Below are positions 50,845-63,546 of a DNA stretch of 64,000 bases, piece by piece. Location: contig JBLDXI010000010.1 in assembly GCA_047495785.1 (NCBI GenBank), positions 1,674,001-1,738,000 on the forward strand, given 5' to 3'. This DNA comes from Lepidodermella squamata (lineage: Eukaryota; Animalia; Gastrotricha). The position numbers were made by a program, and so were the translations under genes. Numbering within the stretch: position 1 is the stretch's first letter; each line of letters begins with the position of its first letter. The notes under the pieces are model-generated. The model saw only the letters and a program-made list of their open reading frames with translations, had not been told where the DNA came from and did no database searches.

Positions 50845-51865
50845 TCACAGAATCGTCCGCCCATCATTAGTCAGCAAATGGCTGTTACAGTCCATCATAC
50901 ACGTGCTGTGATACGCGTTACATTTCCCGCTGATTTCTTCAGCACAATTCTTTAACCGGCAGTCATCCGCACATTTCCTGAAGGTGGCGACTTTCTCATT
51001 TCTAGAAGCCGGGGCACTTTTCGTCTCGCACGATTGAATGCAGACGTCCAGACCGCCCAAGCAATTTAGCGGAAAAGCACCTTGACATTCAACTTCGCAT
51101 TGGGATGTGCATTTAGCATGAGGAGACATCATTGGGGTAGTTAACTTCGTCTCAGATTCTTCGGGAGTTCCAACTGACTCGATCGGGTCTACTGAAGTGG
51201 CAGATGCTGAAACACAATGCCCTTGAAATCGATTTGTGATTGGAATCATCGGAATCTCGAACCTATCAAGCTGATGGATATACTCGAAACAGGATTGTCG
51301 GTCTCTGTAACTAAAAGTTGAAATTCGTTATAATCTAAAAAAGTTCATAAAACGCTTTTTACCGATTGAGTCCGAAGCAGTGGTGGCAGATAGCATTGCT
51401 GAATAAGAAAAGGTTGATTCAGCGGAAATAAAACAGAGACCTTATGTTGTACCAGGCGTAACCATTAAATAAAATTCGAATTATTAGGAATTATTCACGA
51501 ATGAACCTTGACTATGCCCTTCTTCTGTTCAGACTTATTCTTATCGACCTAAAACCATCCTCAATTACAATTTTATTGGAAACTGTACCTGAGCCGCCTG
51601 TAGGGCATTTCTTGCGACACTCATCGATTGATTCAAACGTATTTTCCAAGTCGAGTTCAAGATCGCATCCTGAGTTGACGTTTCGGCAGTAGCTTTTCTC
51701 GGAATCAAAAACTATGAGAGTTCGATTGTAAGCAGCTGTGCATTTCTCGTCAGATGGGCTGAAGTAACACCGTCGGTCATAGAGGGGTGGCAAATCTTCA
51801 GCAAGAATGGCTATGCTACAAACTAGTAGAGAAGCCTCCAATACTGTCAGTATTGTAACAGCCAT
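50845..51865 (-). CDS. Secreted Kunitz-like + micro-exon linker + two CX3C-type modules
   Basis: Signal peptide; DRRCYFSPSDEKC Kunitz domain; CTSQCEVEC..C..CIQSC and CADDCRLKNC..C..CMMDC. Confidence 0.75.
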
Positions 51866-52696
51866 TTGCCAAGTTTGAAGTTGGGCCTTCCAAGTTATTC
51901 AATGGAATAGTTAGCTGCAATGACTCATAGCCACTAATGATATTTAGGTCTCGTCTCAAATCTGTATACAGGAAAATCGTATTAGCACATAGCACACAGA
52001 ATAGATGTAGGGTGGAAGCGTGTCTCGGGTCTCATCATAGAATTTCGAATCTCGGCGAAATACCAACAGTTTGATGGACTGTTGCCGAAAGTGAAATCCG
52101 AAAGGTCAAGTCAAAACATAGCCCATCAAATAACAGTGCTCCGTGCTCCCTCGATATGAGCAAGGGGGCGGGGTCCACGCGATTGCTCTTATCGATGGTT
52201 GCGAATATCGAGGGAGCACTGTAGTGGGTGAGAGAATGATCGTTCAAATCCCACAGCCTTCAAACATTTATTTTTCCTTTAATATTTAATATTTACGAAT
52301 TATTTCCGAACAATGACGAACAAGTGTGCATAAAAACAGTCGAACAAGTCAGTACGATTCGATTTCACCCCTTCGGCCACCATTTTCAACCCCTGTGTTC
52401 GGCGTTTTTCTGCAGTGCGGACGCCGTTCTGGGCTATGAAATACGCTGTAAAAACAACATAATTGGCTCATTGCCTATGAATCATCACATTCATGTTAAG
52501 CTGCTGTTCTTCATTATCAATCGGTCAACGTCTAGCATTTCAGATTTGACCGATTCAGACATTACTTTTGTACGTGGTGTCTGATAACTATTCCTAGTTT
52601 TTAAATTTTCACAACCCTTTCACATTAAATATATCAAATTTCAAACAGAGCAGAAATTTCAATGCGTGATTTCAATGACTCTTGCCCTATTTGTTC

Positions 52697-53461
52697 TTAG
52701 AGAGCTAGAAAAAAGCGACATGTATTTTGTCCACTTATGCATGAATTCTCCATGTCACCGTGGTACGGAAATTGGTTAACTTCCGACGTCTTGCACAGCG
52801 TGCGCCAGGTGCGCTGGCAATCAGGGTGAGAAGTAATGTGAAAGGTGAGGCTTGAAAAACGTTCGAAATTTTCAAATGACCGAAAATGCACGATGGTTCA
52901 ACGATTAGACCCAGCTGCTGAATTTTGAAACAATTCAAGGGTTTCCTAGCATTTCGCACTTTCTAATCCAAGAATCATTGTTGAACAGACAGAAACTATC
53001 CGTCTCGGCGGTTCAAATTGTCTCTTGCTTCAATATTTTCTGCCGAGAATGGTATTATAATCTTGCTAACCAGCTTGGTGTCGCTAGTTTGTGCCGATGT
53101 TGAAGGACTCGATGATGAGCTGATTCTTGAAGAGCAGACATCCATACATTATGCTTCGGTTTCGAAAGTTTCAGTGTCTAATCTGTTTGAGAGACTGCAT
53201 TGCCGTATTCCTGTCATAAGCGTAACGTGTGGCTTCCTGAAATATGCAAATTATTTGCCGAGGGATATGACTGAGCCAAAAATTACCGTTGCAAACGTGA
53301 AAAGTTCCATCCAAAGACTCCCGATATCTCTACGCTTCCCGATGTCACATTTTCTGTTTTCAATGGCCTGATTTGATTGGCACGTGGTTACACATTGGCG
53401 TATGTCGTGAAAAACTACATTTTAACTACTAAACTACTAAACTACTAAATTTCTTAACCTC
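52697..53461 (-). pseudogene. 5'-truncated duplicate of the multi-Kunitz gene at 57890-59464
   Basis: 53005-53461 aligns with 58135-58558, with an AACTACTA microsatellite insertion. Confidence 0.8.
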
Positions 53462-53715
53462 GTTATAACGACATCATACGGTTGAACGTTTCTGCTAGAA
53501 TGCAAATTGGCAAATTACTAGCGAATAAAAAAATAACGTGTCAATACATTTCACACGAACTTGACCAACTTGACCACTTGACCAACATCCTGCAACCACC
53601 CAAGACAAGGTCGAAAACAGCGGAACGCTGCCTACCGTATTATGGGGCAGTCATCTGGAACAGCCTTCCAGACGAGATCACACGTTTCAATAAATGTCTC
53701 ATTAAATATTAAATA
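53462..53715 (+). mobile_element. LINE (L2/CR1-like) 3' end fragment
   Basis: PKTRSKTAERCLPYYGAVIWNSLPDEI is a typical ORF2 C-terminal motif. Confidence 0.65.
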
Positions 53716-54901
53716 TTTTACTTCTTGTTAATTTCGGTTCTTTCACGTTTCACGTCACATATCCATCAGTGTATGACGTTACGAGCGTCACATTCACTCG
53801 ATGAGAAAAATGCCAGCTTTAGGCATGAATTTTGTACCGGGTGACAACTATTGCAGGGTTTGAAACCTCACGCCGATGATTGGAAGGTTAACATGAGCAG
53901 AACAATCTTTTCTTTGCTTGGGACGAATACCGATGATATTCGTGTAAATGCTTAAATGCTGCCAGCTGCCACATTCGCTATTGCCGTATGTTAAAATTCA
54001 CAATTTTAGATTTTAGCCTAATAAAAATTATGTTGATATATTCCAGTTTAAAATAAAAGTCACTTTTTTCCAGTTCATGGTAATTGCGAGCGATATGTGA
54101 AGAAGAGCAAGCCGCCTCGCTTGGTCTCACGTTCCTTGAGGCTGAGCGGTGGCGTTGACATCGGTGTAACGAACTGCAATTGAACTCTACGCGTCCAAGT
54201 AGCATAGGCAACCTATCATTTGCCGTATCTCTTTCTCGGGCAATTTTGAAATAGGTCAAAACATGGAGATTTTATTCATCGCAAGCCGTCAAGCCGTATG
54301 CAATTAACCACTGAGTAGCAAATTGTAACTGAGTCATTTATATTATACACTCAAGATTGTTGCTTTTTGCAAATAAAATGTCAAGGATGAGCAAATACTG
54401 TTTACTTATCCTTATCTACTAATTCTCGGTGGATATTAAGTTTCGGTTTTGGGTATTTTAGGTTTAAGGTTGAAGGCCTGTACATGTAACTTCGGTGGAT
54501 TTGAATTCGGCTTAAGGTTGGCCGCTAAGGAAATATTTATTTCTTTCAATTAGAATTAATAGTCGGTGATATTTTTGCTAAAACACCGAATTCAAAGATC
54601 AAACTGAAAATTAAGTAATGAATTGAGGAATATGTAACGCTGATCGCTGAGAAAATTGAACAATGACTGTCGAAGAAAACGAAAAGGCCGAATTGTCCCA
54701 AAGATTGCCGATTGCAGATAAAAATTTTATTTCATACAATAACAGTTATTTTTCACCTCAACCAAGTTTATATCGATTTGTTTATCTATGGATCTATGGA
54801 TAATAAAGTCGGTTATAATCATACTATATTATAGGGTATAGGGAAAGGGGAAAGTAGGTTGAATGGGTTCGTCTTTCTTTCGGATCGGGAGAACTGCTTC
54901 A

Positions 54902-55880
54902 TTAGTTGTAGCATGTTTCAAAATACCTCGCCCCATATGCATCGGCCGTCCCGAAGGTAAGGAGATTAGTCGCTAACAAGAAGCAGCATGTTGTGAATGA
55001 CATAGCGGAATATGTGGAACCGGCTTTCAAGGTCTTGAAAACGTGAGAAAACATGAATGAAGGGATAATGCAAGTGTATGGTTTTACCAATGTATTCCTG
55101 ACATCAACCATAACAGAGCTTGTGCTGGTGTAAGGAAATCGAAAGCAGTAGGCACTCTTGCCGCCCGAAGCAGCATCGTTTTCAGAAGATATGATGTATG
55201 GGGTGGAAGTAGAAGCTGCAATGCACGCCATAACTGGTGGCGAACCCGGGACCGTCTCGTATATGAGATTGGGTCCGGATGGGGATGTCGCGGCTGCGCA
55301 GCACTGGGCGAAAGTAGAATAAGTGGTTGCAGAAGCCTAAACAATAATTTCCGATTAATCCTCAGTGTAAATCATGCAATCATTCTCACATCCTCCCCAG
55401 ACGTAATGACAGCAGAGCAAGCTCCAGCATTTGCCGTGCAGAATTGAAGGTTATTTACTGTAACGCCGGCACCGCCTTGCGTAGCCGGTATTTTGCATAC
55501 CTTGAATGCAGCCTATTAAATGCTCAAAATTGGTCTGAACATTGCAATAATAAATTTACACATACTGCGTCTGCGCAGGATTGGGCGCCTGGGCATTGGC
55601 TGGCTGTTTTCCGAATGCAGTTGCTCATTGTTGGGTCGCATATATTAGATGTGGCGAGACATCTCTGGCCACTTGGGCAACTAGCTGCTGTGTCGAGGCA
55701 ACTTTTGCCAATTGGACATGGATTCGTCGTGGTTAGACAGCTCTGGCCATTCGGGCAAGTACCGATCGACTCAACTGTGGCGGCTTTCGCTGGGCAAGGA
55801 GTTGCTGAACTCGACGCGGATGGGCAAGAAGCTGTATGTCCAATTGTGACGGCGATGATAGCAATGGTAACAAAAATCAT
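54902..55880 (-). CDS. Secreted Cys/Ala/Ser/Thr-rich protein with 13-aa CPxGxxC repeats, 3 exons
   Basis: Signal MIFVTIAIIAVTIG; exons about 55880-55566, 55512-55390 and 55336-54902 splice in frame. Confidence 0.75.
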
Positions 55881-56278
55881 GGCGGTTGTTTACCAGGTTA
55901 ACTAGGCTAGAGAAAAATGTTGCTAACACGCTTCTTGAATGAAAAATTTATGCGCAGAAAATTCACTTTTATCTCTTAAATATTCGTGTATCATGGATTG
56001 ACACGTTAATTTTTATTCCTCCAGTCCTTGCCAATTAGTTCAACGAGTGTTATATTATGACGATGATCCCTATTCCTTAGAAGGAAAACTTATTACAAAA
56101 ACTGGATCCTAAACATTCACCAATTAACCGGGTTGGGTAAAACTAATTCTTTCCGAGCTATGAGATTCGTTGACTATATCGTCGAATCATTCCATATATA
56201 GGCCTCTTGCACTTCGGAAATGACCAAAAAATGATAAGTTGGCGCATTTCCTGCTTTTTCCAGCAAATAGCAAAAGGT

Positions 56279-56766
56279 GCGTTGACTCACAGTGGGACGG
56301 TTCTTGGTCCTTACCTAGTCTTGCTTGATGATTTCGAATTCTCGATATTCAGACCTCCAGGAGGCTTCAAGCCACCTCGAAAGACGTGAGACACCACAGT
56401 GTCGCCGAAAAGGCTTATTGATTTAGTGGCGTGGAAGCCATAGAAATTTGAACATTTCAAACATTTCACCTCAGATTACCCTAAAAAATCTCGACTAAGA
56501 TTTTAAGAAAATAAGAAAAATGGCGTTGACTCACAGTGGGACGGTTCTTGGTCCTTACCTAGTCTTGCTTGATGATTTCGAATTCTCGATATTCAGACCT
56601 CCAGGAGGCTTCAAGCCACCTCGAAAGACGTGAGACACCACAGTGTCGCCGAAAAGGCTTATTGATTTAGTGGCGTGGAAGCCATAGAAATTTGAACATT
56701 TCAAACATTTCACCTCAGATTACCCTAAAAAATCTCGACTAAGATTTTAAGAAAATAAGAAAAATG
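56279..56766. repeat. Apparently exact 244-bp tandem duplication
   Basis: 56279-56522 equals 56523-56766. Confidence 0.9.
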
Positions 56767-57061
56767 GCCTCGGAATAAATTGCGCGGCTAATTATTAATT
56801 GATGCAATAAACAACTCGATTTTTTCAAGCTCGCGTTTATCGAAATTATAAATTTTCACCCATGAACTTTGTTGAGGTCCATACGATATTAAACAGAGGT
56901 CGACGTTGTTGTTATCGTTCGACTCCCTTGTTCCTTGATCTTGAAAGCGGCATCAAAATATCACAATGTCAAAATCTCGCCAAACCCCAGTTTTCACTTT
57001 TTCCCGGTCAAATGTTTTGAACAACTTTGGTAATTCTGGAATCCTTGTCACTTGCTTACTA

Positions 57062-57888
57062 CAATGTGTCCGCGAAATAATACGCACCTAAAAATAGACG
57101 AGTCGCCAAGTGGCATCTGTGTCGCGTGCCCTAAAATCTTAGCTAGTGCGATCTTTGCGATCTTTGCGATCTACGCGATCTACGCGATCTCTGAGATCTA
57201 AAATTTCCACCATTTTTGTGTTAGAAAAAAACTAATTTAAATCAGAATTTTAAGAAATGGAACCGATATTGCTTGGAAAAAAATGTGAGAACGTATCTAC
57301 CTATTTATGTGAGAAATGTGAAATTAAAATTTAGGCTCTTCCAAACAAGGCATAAAACATAATGGAATCGGTAGAAAAAATTCAAATAGGGGTTCAGTAG
57401 CAGAAAACACGTTCCAGTTGCTATGTTTTTCACAAACAAGCTTAAATTCAATTTAAATTCAATTCAATTCATCTCGGCGCTCGGGCTGCTTTTCATGACC
57501 GTTGTTTTTCTTTATTTTTTGTATGAAAATAAACTCGAAAGTCGTCAACATCAGGACATTTGAAAACTGGACGCATCGAGGAAATGAAAATTTGAACTGA
57601 TTTGTATATTCCATTTTTAGAGTACTTCTGTTAAACACCGTCGATAATAATTTGAAAAAATAATGTGATCATTTAAATTCCTATTTTCACTGTGTTTGCA
57701 TTCATAAAAAATACCATACTTCTCTCAGCGTGGCACGTGCGAAATAACCCTTATATTTAAAAACTAGCCGCACCATAGACATAATATCATACTGCGATTA
57801 TGTCTATGAGCCTCACACGCCTTGAGCAACATCTGCGGCTAGCCTTTCAAGTCTAAAAATAGGTGCGTATTATTTCGCGGACACACTG
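57062..57888. mobile_element. Tc1/mariner-type MITE
   Basis: TIR CA(A/G)TGTGTCCGCGAAATAATACGCACCTA; TA TSD; internal GCGATCT repeats. Confidence 0.88.
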
Positions 57889-57889
57889 T

Positions 57890-59464
57890 ATGTCTGGGAT
57901 CTGGGTGAGGTGCTGCCCTTGCATTTCAGCGAATGCCATGCGCAAGGTTTGACCGGTGTGCTGTGCAACAAGAGTGGGAACAGCGCCTATTAAAACATGC
58001 CAGCATTTCGATTAAACCAAAATGCACGAGAGTTCAACGCTTGGACACAGCTGAAGCTGAATGTGCTTTGAAAGGGTTTCCCATCTTTGCTCACTTTTTT
58101 ATCTATTTTAGTCATCGTTGAAGAGACGTAAGCTTTCGGCGGTTCAAATTGTCTCTTGCTTCAATATTTTCTGCCGAGAATGGTATCTTGCTATCAGGCT
58201 TGGTGTCACCAATTGGTTTCAATATTGAAGGAGTAGATGATGAGCTGATTATCGATGAACAAGCATCCATGCATTCTGCTTTGGGCTCGAAAGTTTCAGT
58301 GTCTAATCTGTTGGAGAGATTGCATAGCCCTGTATTTTTGTCATAAGCGTAGCGTGTCGCTTCCTGAAATATGCAAACTATTTTGACGAGGGATGTGACT
58401 AAACCAAAAATTACCGTTGCGAACATGAAAAGTTCCATCCAAAGACTCCCGATGCCTCTCTGCTTCCCAATGCCACATTTTCTATTTTCAATGACCTGAA
58501 TTGCTTGGCACGTGGTTACACATTGGCGAATGTCATGGAAAACTAATTTCTTAACCTCAAGCAGCAAATGAGAAGCGAAATCAAATGGCTTGAATAGATA
58601 ACACTTGCGAGAATCGGTATCGAAGACACTAAGACGTAACGGTATATCAGCAGCCATTAATTCGCCGTATGATATGAACTGCTTCCGAGTCATTGAGCAT
58701 CTTGGATCGACGCTATACTGGATAGTGGTAGCCCGGCTCGTTGCTGAATAGTTCGTAATTTAGCCTTTAATTTTGTCCTGAAAGTGAAATCAAAGATCAT
58801 TCGACTTACTTTCCGTTTTTCTGACATAATTGACACATGTTTGCATGCAGGTTTGATAATTTGCATGGGAATGTTTTACGATATGCTCCTGGTTACAATC
58901 GGCGACCCTCACCTCGCGTTGCCCAGTCTTGATGTTGAACACAATATGGCCCCTCTCGCGCCTCCCTATTTGCAGTTTCACCTTCGAGCAGCCATTGTCA
59001 TTCTCAACATACCGACAAATTTGTTCCGTGCTCAGGGCTTCGCTGTAGGTAGTCGAGTTATCTTTGCAGAGCCTTTTGCATTCGTAAAGAGTTTTGAATG
59101 AATAGCTTTTGATTTTTCCAATGTCGCCCTTGCAGTTAGCTTGATGTAATACACATTTTCCTATGTCTCTATCGAAAACGTGATAGTATTCGCCGCTGAT
59201 TTGGTGCGTGCAATTTGACTTTTCAATCAGGAATGAACATCTGACATCCGCCTTTTCCAATATCGGGGTTCCGGTAGGCTCGAGGTTCGGTTTTGTAGTA
59301 ACTTTGTGAGATGATCGGCTAGTTAAGATTTCAACCGGAAGCTGCGCTTTGCTGGAACATATCGGTTTGAGAGGGTATAGCTTACAGATTCCATTCCAAG
59401 CTTCAGACCGAACAAAATGTCCAAGAATTAAGGTTAATGCAAAATTGATAACGAATACAGCCAT
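57890..59464 (-). CDS. Secreted protein with four divergent Kunitz-like domains (6, 5, 4 and 4 Cys); 3' end uncertain
   Basis: Signal MAVFVINFALTLIL; VFDRDIGKC..FKTLYECKRLC; VFDTDSRKC..CVTTC; YAYDKNTGLC..CMDAC. Confidence 0.72.
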
Positions 59465-59930
59465 TTACTAACTTAGAAACTTGTTGATAATTTCAATCAA
59501 TTCCGTCAAAGATCTGACATGAATTTTACATCGAACCACGATGAAATATGCATTTGTAATACTGGTCTAGAATCTAATCTCCTGATAAAAGCCGGCACTA
59601 TATGCGCAGCTAAATGAAAATACTATCAAAAGGCACAAAGAGATATTATGCCCATGTCTCACACTTTCTCAATCAGTGCCGCATCTAATTTTATGGCTAT
59701 TAATTTTGCGTCATCGTGCAAACGCCAGCATACGAGGATTCCTTGTTTGTTTAGGAAAACGACATCGACAAGAAAGAATTCATGTAACTGAAAGGGAATC
59801 GTTTTTTATTATCGAAACTAAAGCAAGAGGACGAATTTTATTAAAAAACGAGTTAGCAAAACAGATGGCAATATCCATGAATAAACTGTATATATACTCG
59901 ACGGCAGATTTGTCACGTTGTGTTTTGGAA

Positions 59931-61191
59931 ATGTCGCTATCTCCTTTCGCTATTCTACTCCTTGCTAGTGTGACGTATTGCCTCGATTTGCCTCAGACAT
60001 TTGAAGCGAATGATTTACATCCAAAAGATGAATTCTGTACAAAATTGCAAACCTACTGCCCTTTCCTTCGAAGTACTAAAGCTGAACCAAACAGAATTCG
60101 GGTAATTATGCGACTCATACCAATTTCATTCATCGGTCTTAGCGATACCGAGCAACTCTTTTCAACACAAGTCGAGCTCATAATTCAGTGGAAGCTTCCT
60201 GATTGCGCAAAATGGAAAGGACTCCAGACAAATATGAGCATAAAATACTGCTGCTATCGTGTAAAGGATGAAATTTGGGTGCCACAAATCGTGCACAGCA
60301 ATCGAATCGGCAACATTGACCCATTCACAAGGTAATTGCTTCTACTATGCTTATATTTGACTTGATTAACTTTGTTGGTTCTACTTTCATACCACAAGGG
60401 CGGATGACAAAAAGGCATACGTCACTTCTGATGGAACCGCTATGATCAGCTACATCTCAAAGTTGGATTCGACTTGTTTCCTAAGACTCAAAAAGTGAGT
60501 TCCATCGAATGCCCAGAATCGATTAAATATTTTTCAATTTGAAAGATTCCCGTTCGATACCCAAGTTTGCTCGCTAGATATAATGACTGAAAGGTTCCAG
60601 AGAAATGCAGTTCAATTCGCTCGGCCGGGTTTTGGAAGCACAAATCCACTCACAGGAGCGTTAGATTTGGGAATCCAGGATTTCTCTGATGCGGACGTTT
60701 GGCACCTGTTGAGCAAAAATGCCACCCTTCACGACTCAGATACATTGGTTAGATTCAACTTCATCATGGCCCGTAAAGCCGAATGTTACATCACCACTAT
60801 AATGTTACCAATGATTCTGCTAAAAATTCTTCAACTATCAGTATTCGCTCTCCCGGCTGATATGTCTGATCGATCTGGATTTTCGCTTACAGTTTTTCTG
60901 TCGTCATCCCTCTTGATGACTGTGATTACCGAGAGCATTCCTGACACTGCCGAAATCATATGGCTAGAAGTTAATTTCGCTGTTCAGATTTCTATCGGAG
61001 TGTTTGTATCGATTTATTGCCTCGTCACATGTCGGCTGACGAACGGCGCCAACCCTGAAATATACCTTGAGAGCAAATATACCAGATGGAAATTACGAAA
61101 GATTGATTTAATGGATGCTACTGCGTTTGCTGCGACGTTGATGCTGTGTTTGCTCTACGACATCGCGACCTGTTTGCTTATTTACTTTTGA
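59931..61191 (+). CDS. Divergent pLGIC subunit (pLGIC-6), 3 exons
   Basis: EIWVPQIVHSN; CFLRLK/RFPFDTQVC split by an intron as in pLGIC-2; SDRSGFSLT. Confidence 0.9.
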
Positions 61192-62021
61192 CAGGATCGT
61201 GCTATGTATTGAATTGCAACTCCCCTAGGTGAAACTCTGACCTTCATCACCTTCAATTTCATTCCAGAAATGTTGTTGTTTATTCGTCTGTCTGCATCAT
61301 TTAGATAATCTTGGTTTCGCTCTAGACTAGGAATTGTCATCTTAACATTTAATTGGATGAAGATATGTTGTTGTGATGTTTCTTGTGCTGATTTCGTTTT
61401 CCAACTTCAAGCAAACAAATCTATAAGCCTCATTAACATAAAAAAGCTCCCGAACCAATCCCAGAGGTAGTTCGTCCTTGATCTTTCTGGACGAGGCTTT
61501 GAAAGTCTTTTGTGTGTATAAATGACAATTCGCTTTTCAAGGAAACGGTAATTTCTCGATATATCATTTGAACGCATCATATAACACCTGTAACCTGCCC
61601 TGTTGTTATATATTAAATATCTTTCTTTTTCATTTTATATTGCCATGCTATCCTCTATTGGGCGATATAGATTTCAGAAATGAATAAAAAAGAAAAAAAG
61701 CAAGTTTTGATTATGCCGCTATGCATTTTCAGTTTTCGGGCTGCCCGAAGCCCGGATTTCAAAATTGAGTTATCATGTCATCCGCTTAGCCTTGAAGTGC
61801 AACGACAGAAATCGTGCCTCTTACACGCATGACAACATTCTTTCAGCGCTGGAACGGTCTGCGACCTGCCCAAGCTGTATTTGCCGATATCACCGAACCC
61901 TCTCATTAAAAAAAATCCGAGAATGATTGACTTCTCGCTTTTCACTATCTGCAAACTGGCCATAATTTCTGCGTAAATAAAAAACGGAGTGATTCCCGTT
62001 CTCGCAACCACGACCACCCAA

Positions 62022-62380
62022 AGGGTGTATTTTTATATTCCCCGCCTCGCCCGGGGCAGCCTGCCGGATTTCACGGGAAAACAATAAAAAAATCCGGGCT
62101 GGGCGGGCAATGAGCACATTTTTCTTTCGCCCGTGTTTTTTTGCGGATGAGCTAGGATTTGCCGGGAATCGCGGGAAAAAAGCAATAAAATAATCCGGGA
62201 AACGCGGGCGCTTGAATGCATTCAGCAATACAGCCCAACTCTCCCGCGGGAAAGCGGGGAAACGCGGAAAAAGACGATACGGGTGAGTCGGGCTGTGCGG
62301 GCAGAATAAAAAATGTACATGGGCAGTGCCCGGCTTTTTTGCGTTCGGGCAAGCAGGGCTGAATATAAAAATACACCCTG
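62022..62380. mobile_element. GC-rich MITE with AGGGTGTATTTTTATATTC TIRs
   Basis: Inverted termini with the right TIR partly duplicated; internal piece recurs at 21618-21663. Confidence 0.7.
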
Positions 62381-63546
62381 GCAGGCCGGGCTGAATATAA
62401 AAATACAACCAAACGCGCAATTCCCCAATCCCCAATCTTTAACACATTTGCAGCACAAAAATTACGCATTCAACATGTTTAAGTCTGATGGATTGATGGA
62501 TTGGATGAATGATGGCGGAGGGTTACTATTAAATGGAGTGGTAATTTGTCATTAGATATTCGGGACAATTTAGACACAGTAGGTAAATGAGACTAAGCCT
62601 GCTGCTTTGTTTGTTTCCAGCGTGCGCTTCAGTATTATTATTTATTTACTCAGTTGGGAGAATAGGCTGGGAGAGTGCGCGACCAATTGGGAGAAAAAGT
62701 TGGGATATCGGGAACACCCCTAAAAACGCTTTCGCCTTGACCGCTGCTATCTAATCAAAGTGGTAACTTCCAAGTCAAGTTTTTAATTTGAGAAGATGAA
62801 CTTTGCCTCTTATTAGTCTGACTTCAATTTTTCGTTTCCGAAGACCTCTTAGTGCGGCGTACTAACGATGTCCCATTCAGGAGCGAGTCAGGCGAGCGAG
62901 TCTGCTGCTGCCTTTCACTCCATATCGTTAGCGGCGCGCCAAAACAACCACTTTACTATTTATAGATTTTATATGGATAGTACGATCGAGAGTAGAAACA
63001 ATCAGTGCTCAAATGGCCTATCGTACTTTATCATTACGTTCGGCGACTTCAAGTACGATCGAATGAATCATCTAAGTGGTTGTTTTGGCGCGCCGCTAAC
63101 GATATGTTTCGCAAAGCGGTTTGCCTCTGGATTTTCAAAATTCATGACCTGACTGCCGATATGCATCCAAAACAGATGTAATCTGCATTGGTAATGCCTT
63201 TCTGGAATCTAATCTCTGGTAAATTCAGGCTATTGTTTCACCAAAACAATCAATTACGTGCATAACGACCGTTTGGGATCTTTCTCCAAGCTACATGGAT
63301 GGCTTGCGGCAGTGTAAGGTTCGGTTAGCCATAAAACCTTCATACCAGCAAATTTATATGCTCACGAAATTAAAATCAGCAAATGTAATGCATACGAAAA
63401 TGAAGCTCAGCAAGGTTTTGTATTGTCAAGCTTTAACACGAACCAATATTTTGTAATTAAAACTCTGCAATCGAGAAAGCTTGATGACAATATCCGGGAT
63501 CAATCTATATAATCCTATCGGCTGGGTTGAATTGTTGCATTTTGAT

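Noticed and set aside
61778-62555. Several overlapping ORFs
   Set aside because: By-product of a GC-rich MITE
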